Shown: one piece after another, positions 39,567 to 52,101 of the stretch
Position numbering within the stretch: the first letter of the stretch is position 1
How the letters are laid out: each line of letters starts with the position of its first letter
Notes under the pieces: generated by a model
Databases searched by the model: none
What the model saw: only the letters and a program-made list of their open reading frames with translations
Told to the model about the DNA's origin: nothing
Source: a candidate division FCPU426 bacterium
GTDB lineage: Bacteria; Oederibacteriota; Muellerivitia; Muellerivitales; Muellerivitaceae
NCBI GenBank assembly: GCA_963738405.1
Contig: CAVTWJ010000010.1
Coordinates: forward strand, 47,962 to 111,961
DNA: 64,000 nucleotides
Direction of reading: 5' to 3'
Translations under genes and position numbers: made by a program

Positions 39567-40037
39567 ATGTCGCCCGTCATGATCCAAGGAACACCCCAAG
39601 GAAATGGAAAACGAGTCGCGGTGGTGGTGAGCCGATTCAATGATCTTATCGGTCGAAGGCTTCTCCAAGGGGCGTTGGAAACCCTCAAATCGAGGGGCCT
39701 GTCAGAGGAAAACATTGAAACCGCCTGGGTTCCAGGCGCGTGGGAACTAGGAGTGGTTTCGGCCAAATTGGCCCGGACGGGCAGGTTCAACGGGCTGATC
39801 GCTTTAGGTGCCATCATACGGGGTGAAACCACCCATCATGAGGTTCTGGGCCATGAAATCGCGTCAAGTCTTGGAACCCTTTCCCTCGAAACGGGCATTC
39901 CGGTGGCTTTCGGGGTACTGACCACCGAGAATTTGGACCAGGCCCTGGCAAGGGCGGGAGAGCGATCGGACAACAAGGGCGCTGAGGCGGCCCTGCATCT
40001 TTTGGAGACCATGTCGGTTTTGGACCAGATTCAATAA
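39567..40037 (+). CDS. ribH: Lumazine synthase
   Basis: VVSRFN, WVPGAWEL, LGAIIRGETTH, PVAFGVLT, NKGAEAA. Confidence 0.96.
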   Translation: MSPVMIQGTPQGNGKRVAVVVSRFNDLIGRRLLQGALETLKSRGLSEENIETAWVPGAWELGVVSAKLARTGRFNGLIALGAIIRGETTHHEVLGHEIASSLGTLSLETGIPVAFGVLTTENLDQALARAGERSDNKGAEAALHLLETMSVLDQIQ

Positions 40038-40057
40038 ACAAGCGGAAGGGAACGACT

Positions 40058-40462
40058 ATGGGTTTAAAACGACGAACCCGGGAATTGGCCCTTCAAATGC
40101 TTTTTCAAATGGACCTGGGGACCGTACAAATTAAGGATCTGGAAGAAAATTTTCTTCCCAACGCCAGCGCGCCCGAGGCGGCCAAGGAAATGTCGATGGC
40201 GTTGGTGAAAAACGTTTGGGACAGGGTTTCGGAAATCGACTCCAATCTCCGCCGTTTCACCGAGCATTGGGACCTGGCCCGCATGGCGGGGGTTGACCGC
40301 AATGTTTTGAGGCTTGGGGCCTACGAGATTCTTTTTGACGATGAGGTGCCCAAATCGGTGGCCATTAACGAGGCCCTGGAAATTGTCAAACGCTACAGTA
40401 CGGAAGAATCCAGCCGTTTCGTGAATGGGATACTGGACAAATTAGATAAAAAGGTTTCGTAG
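40058..40462 (+). CDS. nusB: Transcription antitermination factor NusB
   Basis: RRTRELALQMLFQ, VDRNVLRLG, VAINEALE, FVNGILD. Confidence 0.96.
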   Translation: MGLKRRTRELALQMLFQMDLGTVQIKDLEENFLPNASAPEAAKEMSMALVKNVWDRVSEIDSNLRRFTEHWDLARMAGVDRNVLRLGAYEILFDDEVPKSVAINEALEIVKRYSTEESSRFVNGILDKLDKKVS

Positions 40463-40556
40463 AACCCGGAAAAGTCCGCCTGGTACTTTAAAATATTAAA
40501 GAACCAGCGCCTGAGAAGGGTCTAAATGGATGGGTTGATTATTTAAGGAAGAACCA

Positions 40557-40907
40557 TTGGAAATTGATATCCCCGCTGAAATGAAGGCCTTTCTCGATGA
40601 GGTGGTGGATTCTTTTGCCATGTGGGACCTTTTGATTTTCTTTTCGAAAAAAGAGGGAGAAACGGAATCGGCCGACCGGATCGCCCAGCTCCTGGGGCGC
40701 CAACCCATTGAGATGGAAAAACCCATGGTGAAACTTGAAAAAATGGGTTTGTTGACCCGGCTGAAGCGGCTTGATGGTGAAATGGCCTGCCAATTGAACC
40801 GAAGCGGGTTCCTTTATCCCGGACTTCAGAGGTTTTGGGCCTTTAACGAAAGCCAGGAAAACCGCCTAAGAATTCTCAGCTACCTTCTGCAGAAAAAGGT
40901 CCGATAA
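40557..40907 (+). CDS. Hypothetical winged-helix-like protein
   Basis: FLDEVVDSFAMWDLLIFF...ADRIAQLLGR...LEKMGLL. Confidence 0.6.
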   Translation: MEIDIPAEMKAFLDEVVDSFAMWDLLIFFSKKEGETESADRIAQLLGRQPIEMEKPMVKLEKMGLLTRLKRLDGEMACQLNRSGFLYPGLQRFWAFNESQENRLRILSYLLQKKVR

Positions 40908-40994
40908 GCCTCCGGACCCGTGGATTTCAAGCCTGTGTTTCCCCTAGTCCCCGTGTTAAAATAAGCCTGTTTTTACCTCCGGTTTTGGGGTCTT

Positions 40995-41726
40995 ATGCGT
41001 TACGGTATTTTCTCGGATATCCACAGCAATCTTGAGGCCATGACGGAAGTGGCCAAGGCCATGAAAGCTGATGGGGCTGAGCAATTTCTCTGCCTGGGCG
41101 ATCTGGTTGGGTACTATTCCAATCCCAACGAGGTTGTTGAATTGATCGATTCCCTCAACTGTTGGAAGACCGTGATGGGCAATCATGATTCGGCGGCGGT
41201 GGGGCAGACCACGCTTTCCAAGTTTAACCCTCCCGCCGCGGAGGCTATCCGATGGACCCAGCAAAAACTCACCCCTAAGAATTTCCAAATTCTGCAAAAA
41301 CTGCGGCTCCGTGAGGAAATTGGGGAAATCCAGTTGGTCCATTCTTCCCCCTTTCAAAGCGAAGAATGGCATTATTTGACCCAGCAGGAAGATATTGAAC
41401 GGAATTTCCGCTATTTCCAGGGCTTCATATGTTTTTTCGGCCATGTCCATAAACCCTTTATCGCCGAACAAACGAAGAGCGGAACCGTTACGATCCTGTC
41501 GGAAACCGAAAAGGTACTGGATCCTTCCTGTCGGTACCTGGTGAATGTTGGTAGCGTCGGCCAACCCCGTGATGGGGACCCCCGGACCTGTTACGTCCTT
41601 TACGATTCCAAAAGCCTTAAACTTTCTATCCGACGGATCACCTATGATTTCGAGGCCACCTTTCATAAAACCATCTCGGCGGGACTCCCTGAATACCTGG
41701 CCCAGCGGTTAAAAACGGGGAAATAA
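40995..41726 (+). CDS. Metallophosphoesterase family protein
   Basis: SDIHSN, LGDLVGY, GNHD, GHVH, NVGSVGQPRDGDPR. Confidence 0.93.
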   Translation: MRYGIFSDIHSNLEAMTEVAKAMKADGAEQFLCLGDLVGYYSNPNEVVELIDSLNCWKTVMGNHDSAAVGQTTLSKFNPPAAEAIRWTQQKLTPKNFQILQKLRLREEIGEIQLVHSSPFQSEEWHYLTQQEDIERNFRYFQGFICFFGHVHKPFIAEQTKSGTVTILSETEKVLDPSCRYLVNVGSVGQPRDGDPRTCYVLYDSKSLKLSIRRITYDFEATFHKTISAGLPEYLAQRLKTGK

Positions 41727-41772
41727 CCTCTTAAGCCCCGCGAAGTTTCAAATTCGCAAGAAGGAGTCATTC

Positions 41773-44849
<3,077 letters not shown>

Positions 44850-44853
<4 letters not shown>

Positions 44854-45674
44854 AATCCGGGACTGCGCCGGCCCCTTCGCATGCCGGGCCGCGCCTCCGG
44901 TTCATGACGGCTTGGTGGTTTCGGCTTTATACGGTGGTTGTCATTACTTCCTTTCCTGTTCTTCTTTATTTTGGGTGGGGCTTTTTGCAGGCTTATTACA
45001 CCATCCCATCGCTTGTGAACCTCAATTCCAATGAATTCGTCATGAATCGCCTCAACCTGGATCAATGGGTGCCTTTGGGAAACATTTCCCCCGAGGCGGC
45101 GAACGCGGTCCTCGTGAGCGAGGATGACGATTTTTTTCGTAATAGGGGGATCGAGTGGGAATCGATCGAGAAAGCCTTGACGGAAGACTGGGAAACCCAG
45201 CGTTTCAAGAGGGGCGGCAGTACCCTGACCCAGCAGGTGGTTAAAAATGTTTTTTTGACGAAGCGTAAGACGCTTGCCCGGAAAATCACGGAAATGGTGT
45301 TGGCTTCGCAGGTGCCGAATTACGTTTCTAAAAACAGGGTTTTGGAGGTTTATCTCAATTGCGCCCAGTGGGGCGGTCAAATTTACGGTATCGCCTCCGC
45401 CTCCCGTTTTTATTTTAAGAAAAATCCCTCACAGCTTCGCGCCAAGGAGGGGGCCTTTTTGGCCATGATGCTTCCTAGCCCCATCCGGTACGGCAAATCT
45501 TTTGAGAAGTGCGAGCTGACTCCCTATGCGCAAAAGGAGATTCAAACCCTTTTGGATCGGATGCATGTGGAGGGGCTTCTAAGTGACGAGGATTACGCCG
45601 GGGAAAGCCGGCGTCCGCTCGCTTTTGAGAAAAAAGCCATGGAATCGAGCGGAGCTCCCGAACCCCTCCTCTAG
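44850..45674 (+). CDS. mtgA: Monofunctional peptidoglycan transglycosylase
   Basis: SEDDDFF, RGGSTLTQQVVKNVFL, RKITE, SKNRVLEVYLN, LAMMLPSP. Confidence 0.88.
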
Positions 45675-45685
45675 GGCTAATCGCC

Positions 45686-45714
45686 TTGAACCCCCCTATT
45701 AAAGACCCTATACT
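45686..45714 (+). promoter_or_regulatory. Sigma70 promoter of secA
   Basis: TTGAAC-N17-TATACT. Confidence 0.55.
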
Positions 45715-45773
45715 TATGCCCCTTGAGCCCCCCAAAAAGGCTGAATTTTCGCACATTCCCATAAAGAGGACCC

Positions 45774-48461
45774 ATGTTAGAAAGCCTATTAACCAAGATT
45801 TTCGGCAGTAAAAACCAGCGCGCCCTGAAGGCCTTCGAGGCCAAGGTGGCGGAGATCAACGCACTGGAAGAGGGCCTTAAGGCCCTGTCCGACGACGATT
45901 TGAAAAAGAAAACCCCCGAGCTCAAGGAACGCTTGGCGAAGGGCGCCACCCTGGACGATATCCTCGCCGAGGCATTCGCGGTGGTGAGGGAAACCTCCCG
46001 CCGGGTGATGGGCATGCGCCATTTCGACGTTCAGCTGGTGGGCGGAATGGTGCTCCATAGCGGCAAGATCGCCGAGATGAAAACCGGGGAAGGCAAGACC
46101 CTCGTGGCCACCCTGGCCATCTACCTCAACGCCCTCTCCGGCAAGGGCGTCCACCTGGTCACCGTGAACGACTATTTGGCCGAACGCGACAGCTTAGGCA
46201 GAGGCAGCTTTAAGGGCATGGCCAACATTTACAACTTCCTTGGCCTCACCTGCGGGGTCATCAAGCACGGTCTCGCACCTCAAGACCGCAAGGCGGCCTA
46301 CGCCTGCGATATCACCTATTGCACCAACAACGAGCTGGGTTTTGATTATCTTCGAGACAATATGGCCCAAAACGGCGAGTACACCGTATTGAGGGACTTG
46401 AACTTCGCCATTGTGGACGAGGTGGACAGCATCCTCGTGGATGAGGCCCGCACGCCCCTCATCATTTCCGGCCCCTCGGAAGAATCCACCGACCTCTATT
46501 ACCGCATCGACCGCATCATCCCGGCCCTTCACAAGGGCCCGGATTACGATGTTGAAGAAAGAACCCGCTCGGCCTTCCTGACCGAGGGCGGCGTCAAACA
46601 TGTGGAGCAATTGCTGAAGGTCGATAACCTCTACGACCACAAGAACGTCCAGCTGGTCCACCATGTCAACCAGGCCCTCAAGGCCCATGTGATCTTCAAG
46701 AAGGATGTGGACTATATCGTCAAGGACGGCGAAGTGGTGATCGTGGACGAGTTCACGGGCCGCCTCATGCCGGGGCGCCGCTATTCGGACGGGCTTCACC
46801 AGGCCCTGGAAGCCAAGGAACGGGTGAAGATCGAGGCTGAAAACCAGACCCTGGCCACCATCACCTTTCAGAATTTCTTCCGTATGTACAAAAAGCTGGG
46901 GGGGATGACGGGAACGGCCGAAACTGAAGCCTCCGAATTCAAGGAAATCTACAACCTGGATGTCATTTGCGTGCCCACCCACAATCCCATGGTCCGCAAG
47001 GACGACGCGGATTTTGTGTACCGCACCGTGCGCGAGAAATTCAACGCCATTTCCGATGAAATCGCGGCCATGGCCGAAAAGAAACAGCCGGTTCTGGTCG
47101 GCACGGTTTCCATCGAGAAAAACGAGTTGTTGTCTGGGCTCCTGAAAAAAAGAGGCGTCAAGCATGAGGTGTTGAACGCCAAGTTCCACGAAAGGGAAGC
47201 GGAAATCATCTCCCTGGCGGGCCAAATGGGAGCCGTCACCATCGCCACCAACATGGCGGGACGCGGCACGGACATCGTGCTGGGGCCTGGCGTGAAGGAA
47301 TTGGGCGGTTTGGCGGTATTGGGCACCGAGCGGCATGAAAGCCGGCGCATCGATAACCAGCTTCGCGGACGTTCCGGCCGCCAAGGCGACCCCGGCTTGT
47401 CCCGTTTTTACGTGGCCTTGGAAGATGATCTCATGCGCATCTTCGGCACCGACCGGTTGAAAGACCTCATGACCAAACTGGGTATGGAGGAGGGTGAGGT
47501 CATTTCTCATCCCTGGGTTTCCAACGCCATCGAAAGGTCGCAAAAGGCTGTGGAAGGCCACAATTTCGATATCCGCAAACATTTGCTCGAATATGACGAC
47601 GTCATGAACAAGCAGAGGGAGCGCATCTATAAGGAACGCAACCGGGTCCTCTATGAGAAGGACATCCGCGCCCACATGCTCCAGATTCTCGAGGATGTGG
47701 CCGCCGACGGTGTGGAAAACTACCTGCCCGAAAAGGGCGGCTCCGACGCTTGGGATATCGAAGGCCTGAAAAAATGGTATCTGGGCATTTTCCAACAGGC
47801 GCTGGACTGGAATATCGATAATTTACGGGTCATGGATCAGCAGGCGCTTTTTGCGGGCCTCAAGGAAGACATGATCAGGGCCTATGAGAAAAAAGAAACC
47901 CAGATCAACCCCCAAATCATGCGCACCCTGGAGCGGGCCATTTTATTGGAAGTCATCGACAACCAGTGGAAGGACCATTTGCTTTCCATGGACCATTTGA
48001 AGGAAGGTATCGGACTGCAATCCTACGGCGGCAAGGACCCCTTGATTGAGTACAAGAGGGAAGGGCTTGAGATGTTCATGGACATGCTAGGCCGTATCGA
48101 GGAAGAAACCCTTCGCACCCTCTTCCTGGTCCAAACCGTGAAATCGCCCGAGCAGATTTTTTCCGAGTCTAGGCAGATCAAAATGAAAGAAGAACACCCG
48201 GATTTCGATCCCCGCGCCTCTGTTCCCAACGCCCCGCCGCCCCAGGCCGCCTCCCCCGCAGGGCTCATGGGCGGCAACGCGCCCCCGAACTTTCCCGAGG
48301 GCATGGCAGCGCCTCCGGGCATGCAGCCTTGGGAAATGCCGCAGGAAAACCAACCCGCCATCAAGATCGCGCCCGTGAAGCGGGAAGGGCCTAAGTTGGG
48401 CCGGAACGATCCCTGCTATTGCGGCAGCGGGAAGAAGTTCAAGAAGTGTCACGGAGCTTGA
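45774..48461 (+). CDS. secA: Preprotein translocase ATPase SecA
   Basis: [51 protein letters not shown] motif [19 protein letters not shown]. Confidence 0.98.
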   Translation: MLESLLTKIFGSKNQRALKAFEAKVAEINALEEGLKALSDDDLKKKTPELKERLAKGATLDDILAEAFAVVRETSRRVMGMRHFDVQLVGGMVLHSGKIAEMKTGEGKTLVATLAIYLNALSGKGVHLVTVNDYLAERDSLGRGSFKGMANIYNFLGLTCGVIKHGLAPQDRKAAYACDITYCTNNELGFDYLRDNMAQNGEYTVLRDLNFAIVDEVDSILVDEARTPLIISGPSEESTDLYYRIDRIIPALHKGPDYDVEERTRSAFLTEGGVKHVEQLLKVDNLYDHKNVQLVHHVNQALKAHVIFKKDVDYIVKDGEVVIVDEFTGRLMPGRRYSDGLHQALEAKERVKIEAENQTLATITFQNFFRMYKKLGGMTGTAETEASEFKEIYNLDVICVPTHNPMVRKDDADFVYRTVREKFNAISDEIAAMAEKKQPVLVGTVSIEKNELLSGLLKKRGVKHEVLNAKFHEREAEIISLAGQMGAVTIATNMAGRGTDIVLGPGVKELGGLAVLGTERHESRRIDNQLRGRSGRQGDPGLSRFYVALEDDLMRIFGTDRLKDLMTKLGMEEGEVISHPWVSNAIERSQKAVEGHNFDIRKHLLEYDDVMNKQRERIYKERNRVLYEKDIRAHMLQILEDVAADGVENYLPEKGGSDAWDIEGLKKWYLGIFQQALDWNIDNLRVMDQQALFAGLKEDMIRAYEKKETQINPQIMRTLERAILLEVIDNQWKDHLLSMDHLKEGIGLQSYGGKDPLIEYKREGLEMFMDMLGRIEEETLRTLFLVQTVKSPEQIFSESRQIKMKEEHPDFDPRASVPNAPPPQAASPAGLMGGNAPPNFPEGMAAPPGMQPWEMPQENQPAIKIAPVKREGPKLGRNDPCYCGSGKKFKKCHGA

Positions 48462-48493
48462 TACATAACGCTTAAAACTAAAACGGGGGATTC

Positions 48494-50140
48494 ATGTTTC
48501 GTCATTTGATTTTGGCGGTAAGTTTTGCGGCGGTGTTGTCGGCTGGCTGCGGAAAAAAAGACCCGAAAATCTACGCCCAGGACGGCCCGGTGGCCGATGG
48601 CGACACCCTCATCGAATCCTCCATCGGGGACGCCAAGACCCTCAACCCGGCTTTGGTGGATGAAAGCACCGGCGGGGATATCGTCGGCATGGTTTTCAGC
48701 GGCCTTCTTCGCTACGACGAAAACCTGAAGCTTTCGCCAAGCCTAGCCGAACGCTGGACGGTTTCCAAAGACGGCAAGATCATCACCTATTACCTGCGCA
48801 AAGGCGTGAAGTTTCACGATGGGGTGGAATTCACCGCCAACGACGTGCTCTTTACCTATCAGGTTTATACCGACCCCACGGTCAAGACGCCTTACGCCGC
48901 AGATTACCAGTACATCAAGAATGTCGAGATACTCGATCCCTACATCGTCAAGGTTACCTATAAAAAGGCCTTTGCCCCCGCCCTTTCCAACACCTTTGGA
49001 GCCATCCTTCCCAAGCACCTGTTGGAAGGGAAAGATATCAACACCGCTGATTTCAACCGGCACCCGATTGGGACAGGACCCTTCAAGTTCGTCGATTGGA
49101 AAACCGACCAAGAGATCGTTTTGGAAGCCAACCCGGATTACTGGGAAGGAAAGCCCCACGTAAAGCGTTTTGTGCTACGTATCATTCCCGACCAATCTTC
49201 CGAGCTCCTGAGCCTGTTAAAAGGCGAAACCGACGCCATGGGCGCCTGGACCAGCGGAACCCTTTCACCCGAACAATATGCCCGTCAAACCGACACCCCC
49301 CAGTTCTCCGACTATTACAACAAGTACCAATGCGATCAGTTCGTCTATTCCTATATCGGCTGGAACCTGGGGAATCCCCTTTTCAAAGATGTGAAAGTTC
49401 GCAAGGCCCTGACCATGGCCATTGACCGGCAGGCCATCATCAACAACGTGGTTTACGGATTGGGTTCCATCTGCACCGGGCCCTTTGTGCCCTCCTCTTG
49501 GGCCAATAACCCGGATGTGAAACCCCTGCCCTTTGATCCTGAGGGCGCCAAGAAGCTTCTGGCCCAGGCGGGTTGGAAAACCGGTCCCGATGGCATGCTT
49601 TTCCGTTTGGTGAAGGGAAAAAAGACGCCTTTCTCTTTCAAACTTTTTACCAATCAGGGCAATGTCAGCCGGGAAAGAATCGCCACCATCGTCCAACAGC
49701 AGTTGAAGCAAGTGGGCATCGACTGCCAGCCGCAGATCATGGAATGGACCACCCTCCTGAGCCAATATGTGGATAAACGCACCTACGACGCCATGATCAT
49801 GGGCTGGCAGTTCGGCCCCGAACCGGATTGTTTTCTCTCCTGGCATTCCTCCCAAATGGGGGAGCACCAGTACAACCTGGTGGGCTACAAGAACCCGATC
49901 GTGGACAGGCTTCTCGTGGAGGGGCGGGAAACGCTTAATCAAGACCAGAGGGCGAAAATCTACCGCCGCATCCACAAGATCCTCAGCGACGACGTTGCAG
50001 CGACCTTCCTTTACGTGCCCTATTCTTTGCCCGCGGTTCATAAGCGTTTCAAGGGGCTCCTGGCCAACCGAAACGGCATTGGGTGGCACCCGGAACATTG
50101 GTATGTGCCCCTGGCCCAGCAGAAATACGCGAATGAGTGA
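48494..50140 (+). CDS. Peptide ABC transporter substrate-binding lipoprotein (family 5)
   Basis: Lipobox SAGC; LRKGVKFHDG, PIGTGPFK, VRKALTMAIDR. Confidence 0.93.
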   Translation: MFRHLILAVSFAAVLSAGCGKKDPKIYAQDGPVADGDTLIESSIGDAKTLNPALVDESTGGDIVGMVFSGLLRYDENLKLSPSLAERWTVSKDGKIITYYLRKGVKFHDGVEFTANDVLFTYQVYTDPTVKTPYAADYQYIKNVEILDPYIVKVTYKKAFAPALSNTFGAILPKHLLEGKDINTADFNRHPIGTGPFKFVDWKTDQEIVLEANPDYWEGKPHVKRFVLRIIPDQSSELLSLLKGETDAMGAWTSGTLSPEQYARQTDTPQFSDYYNKYQCDQFVYSYIGWNLGNPLFKDVKVRKALTMAIDRQAIINNVVYGLGSICTGPFVPSSWANNPDVKPLPFDPEGAKKLLAQAGWKTGPDGMLFRLVKGKKTPFSFKLFTNQGNVSRERIATIVQQQLKQVGIDCQPQIMEWTTLLSQYVDKRTYDAMIMGWQFGPEPDCFLSWHSSQMGEHQYNLVGYKNPIVDRLLVEGRETLNQDQRAKIYRRIHKILSDDVAATFLYVPYSLPAVHKRFKGLLANRNGIGWHPEHWYVPLAQQKYANE

Positions 50141-50163
50141 AGAATCTTTAACAAAATGATTTA

Positions 50164-50255
50164 ACCACCAAGACGCCAAGACACCAAGAACGGCTAAAAT
50201 CTTTTAATCTTAATTTTTCGACTTGGCTTTCTTGGTGACTTGGTGACTTGGTGGT
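50164..50255. repeat. REP/MITE-like palindromic element built from (CACCAAGW)x3 arms
   Basis: ACCACCAAGACGCCAAGACACCAAGAA (50164-50190) is inverted to TTCTTGGTGACTTGGTGACTTGGTGGT (50229-50255), 24/27 match. Confidence 0.75.
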
Positions 50256-50276
50256 AAAAATGATGGTGAGGTTTTA

Positions 50277-51248
50277 ATGCGTAACTTCATCCTTCGGCGC
50301 CTTTTGATGATGGCGCCCCTTCTATTGGGCATCTCCATTCTTTCCTTCACCATCATTAAGCTGGCGCCGGGCGATCCCGCCAGTCTCTCGGTCAACATGA
50401 ACGCCAAGATCGATCCCGGCTACATCACCAAGCTCCGGGAAGCTTATGGACTCAACGACCCGCTTTATGTTCAATACGGCCGTTGGCTTAAGGGCATGGT
50501 GACGCTTAATTTTGGAAAATCCTTTAAAGATGACCGCCCGGTCATTGACGTTATCTTAGAGCGCCTCCCGGCCACCCTGGTTCTTACCGTGCCATCTTTG
50601 ATCCTGCTTTTATTCATCGGCATCCCGCTGGGGGTGGCGGCGGCCTATTACAAGGGGAAATGGCTGGATCATTTTACGATGGTGTTTTCCTTCGTGGGTT
50701 TTGCCACCCCCATCGTTTGGATTGGACTGATGATCATCCTGGTTTTTAGTGTGCAATTGGGCTGGTTTCCTGTATCGGGAATGTGGAGCGTGGGGAGCGA
50801 ATACTTGCCCTGGTACGAGCGCTTGGGCGACCTGGCATTGCATCTGGCACTTCCCGTATGTGTGATCGTATTCGTGAGCCTGGCCTCTCTATCCCGCTAC
50901 GCCCGTTCCAACATGATGGAGGTCCTGGGACAGGATTACATTCGTACCGCCCGGGCCAAAGGCTTGAGCGAATTCCGTGTTGTCTTCCGACACGCCTTGC
51001 CCAATGCTATGTTGCCAATTATTACAATTCTTGGACTTTCATTACCCGGGCTCATCGCCGGGGGTGTCATTGTTGAAACTATCTTCGGATGGCCAGGTAT
51101 GGGCCGTTTGTATTGGGAAGCCATCATGTCACGCAATTACCCTGTGGTGATGGGCGTCGGCATCATCCTGGCCTTTTTCACACTCCTGGGGAATTTTCTG
51201 GCGGATGTGGGCTACGCGGTTCTGGATCCGAGGATCAAGTATGAGTGA
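50277..51248 (+). CDS. Peptide ABC permease (OppB/AppB-like)
   Basis: LAPGDP, DYIRTARAKGL, ETIFGWPGMG, LDPRIK. Confidence 0.93.
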   Translation: MRNFILRRLLMMAPLLLGISILSFTIIKLAPGDPASLSVNMNAKIDPGYITKLREAYGLNDPLYVQYGRWLKGMVTLNFGKSFKDDRPVIDVILERLPATLVLTVPSLILLLFIGIPLGVAAAYYKGKWLDHFTMVFSFVGFATPIVWIGLMIILVFSVQLGWFPVSGMWSVGSEYLPWYERLGDLALHLALPVCVIVFVSLASLSRYARSNMMEVLGQDYIRTARAKGLSEFRVVFRHALPNAMLPIITILGLSLPGLIAGGVIVETIFGWPGMGRLYWEAIMSRNYPVVMGVGIILAFFTLLGNFLADVGYAVLDPRIKYE

Positions 51249-52101
51249 AAACCCAAATCCATCCTGGTTCTCGAATCTCTTTCATCTCTATCCTCTCGTT
51301 TTCTGGGGATTGGTGGTCATTCTTTTTTTCGCCCTTACCGCCCTAGCGGCGCCCCTGATTTCCCCTTACGACCCCAATTTACAGATCCTCTCGGATAGAC
51401 TCTTGCCCCCCTCCTTCCACCACTATTTGGGCACAGACCAATATGGGCGGGACGTGTTGAGCCGCATGATCTACGGCTCCCGAATCTCCCTTTCGGTGGG
51501 GATGGTCGCGGTGGTCATTTATGTGGGTCTGGGAACCTTCCTGGGAGCGGTAGCGGGTTTTTACGGGGGGTGGATCGATGCCCTCATCATGCGACTGACG
51601 GATATCTTTCTTTCAATTCCTACCTTTCCACTCATCCTAATGGTGATTGCTTTTGTGGGCCCCAATATTTTCAACATCATGGTGGTTATCGGTCTCACGT
51701 CCTGGCCTGATGTGGCCCGGCTGGTCCGGGGAGAATTCTTGACCCTTCGGGAAAGGGAATATGTCCTGGCGGCCAAGCTGATGGGTCTTAGCAATCGACG
51801 CATCATTTTCGTTCATATACTCCCCAATGCCTTGGGGCCCTTGTGGGTTGTTGCCACATTAGGGATCGGCGGGGCGATCCTTTTGGAATCCTCCCTCAGT
51901 TTCTTGGGCCTTGGCGTCCAACCCCCCACGGCAAGCTGGGGAAACATGTTGATGGAGGCGCATGAGCACTTAACGGATGCCTGGTGGCTGGTAACCTTTC
52001 CCGGTATGGCTATTTTTATTACCGTCTTGGCCTTTACCCTGCTGGGGGAGGGCCTGAGAGATGCCACCGATCCCCGCCAGCATGATTTAAAAGCAAAGTA
52101 A
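51241..52101 (+). CDS. Peptide ABC permease (OppC/AppC-like)
   Basis: LGTDQYGRDVLSR, ARLVRGE, HILPN, LSFLGLGVQPP. Confidence 0.93.
   Translation: MSENPNPSWFSNLFHLYPLVFWGLVVILFFALTALAAPLISPYDPNLQILSDRLLPPSFHHYLGTDQYGRDVLSRMIYGSRISLSVGMVAVVIYVGLGTFLGAVAGFYGGWIDALIMRLTDIFLSIPTFPLILMVIAFVGPNIFNIMVVIGLTSWPDVARLVRGEFLTLREREYVLAAKLMGLSNRRIIFVHILPNALGPLWVVATLGIGGAILLESSLSFLGLGVQPPTASWGNMLMEAHEHLTDAWWLVTFPGMAIFITVLAFTLLGEGLRDATDPRQHDLKAK

Noticed and set aside
46194..47795. 533-aa antisense ORF, and similar ones opposite ligA, the peptide SBP, priA, the RND pump and the giant gene
   Set aside because: Shadow ORFs caused by codon bias of well-conserved + strand genes; no motifs.
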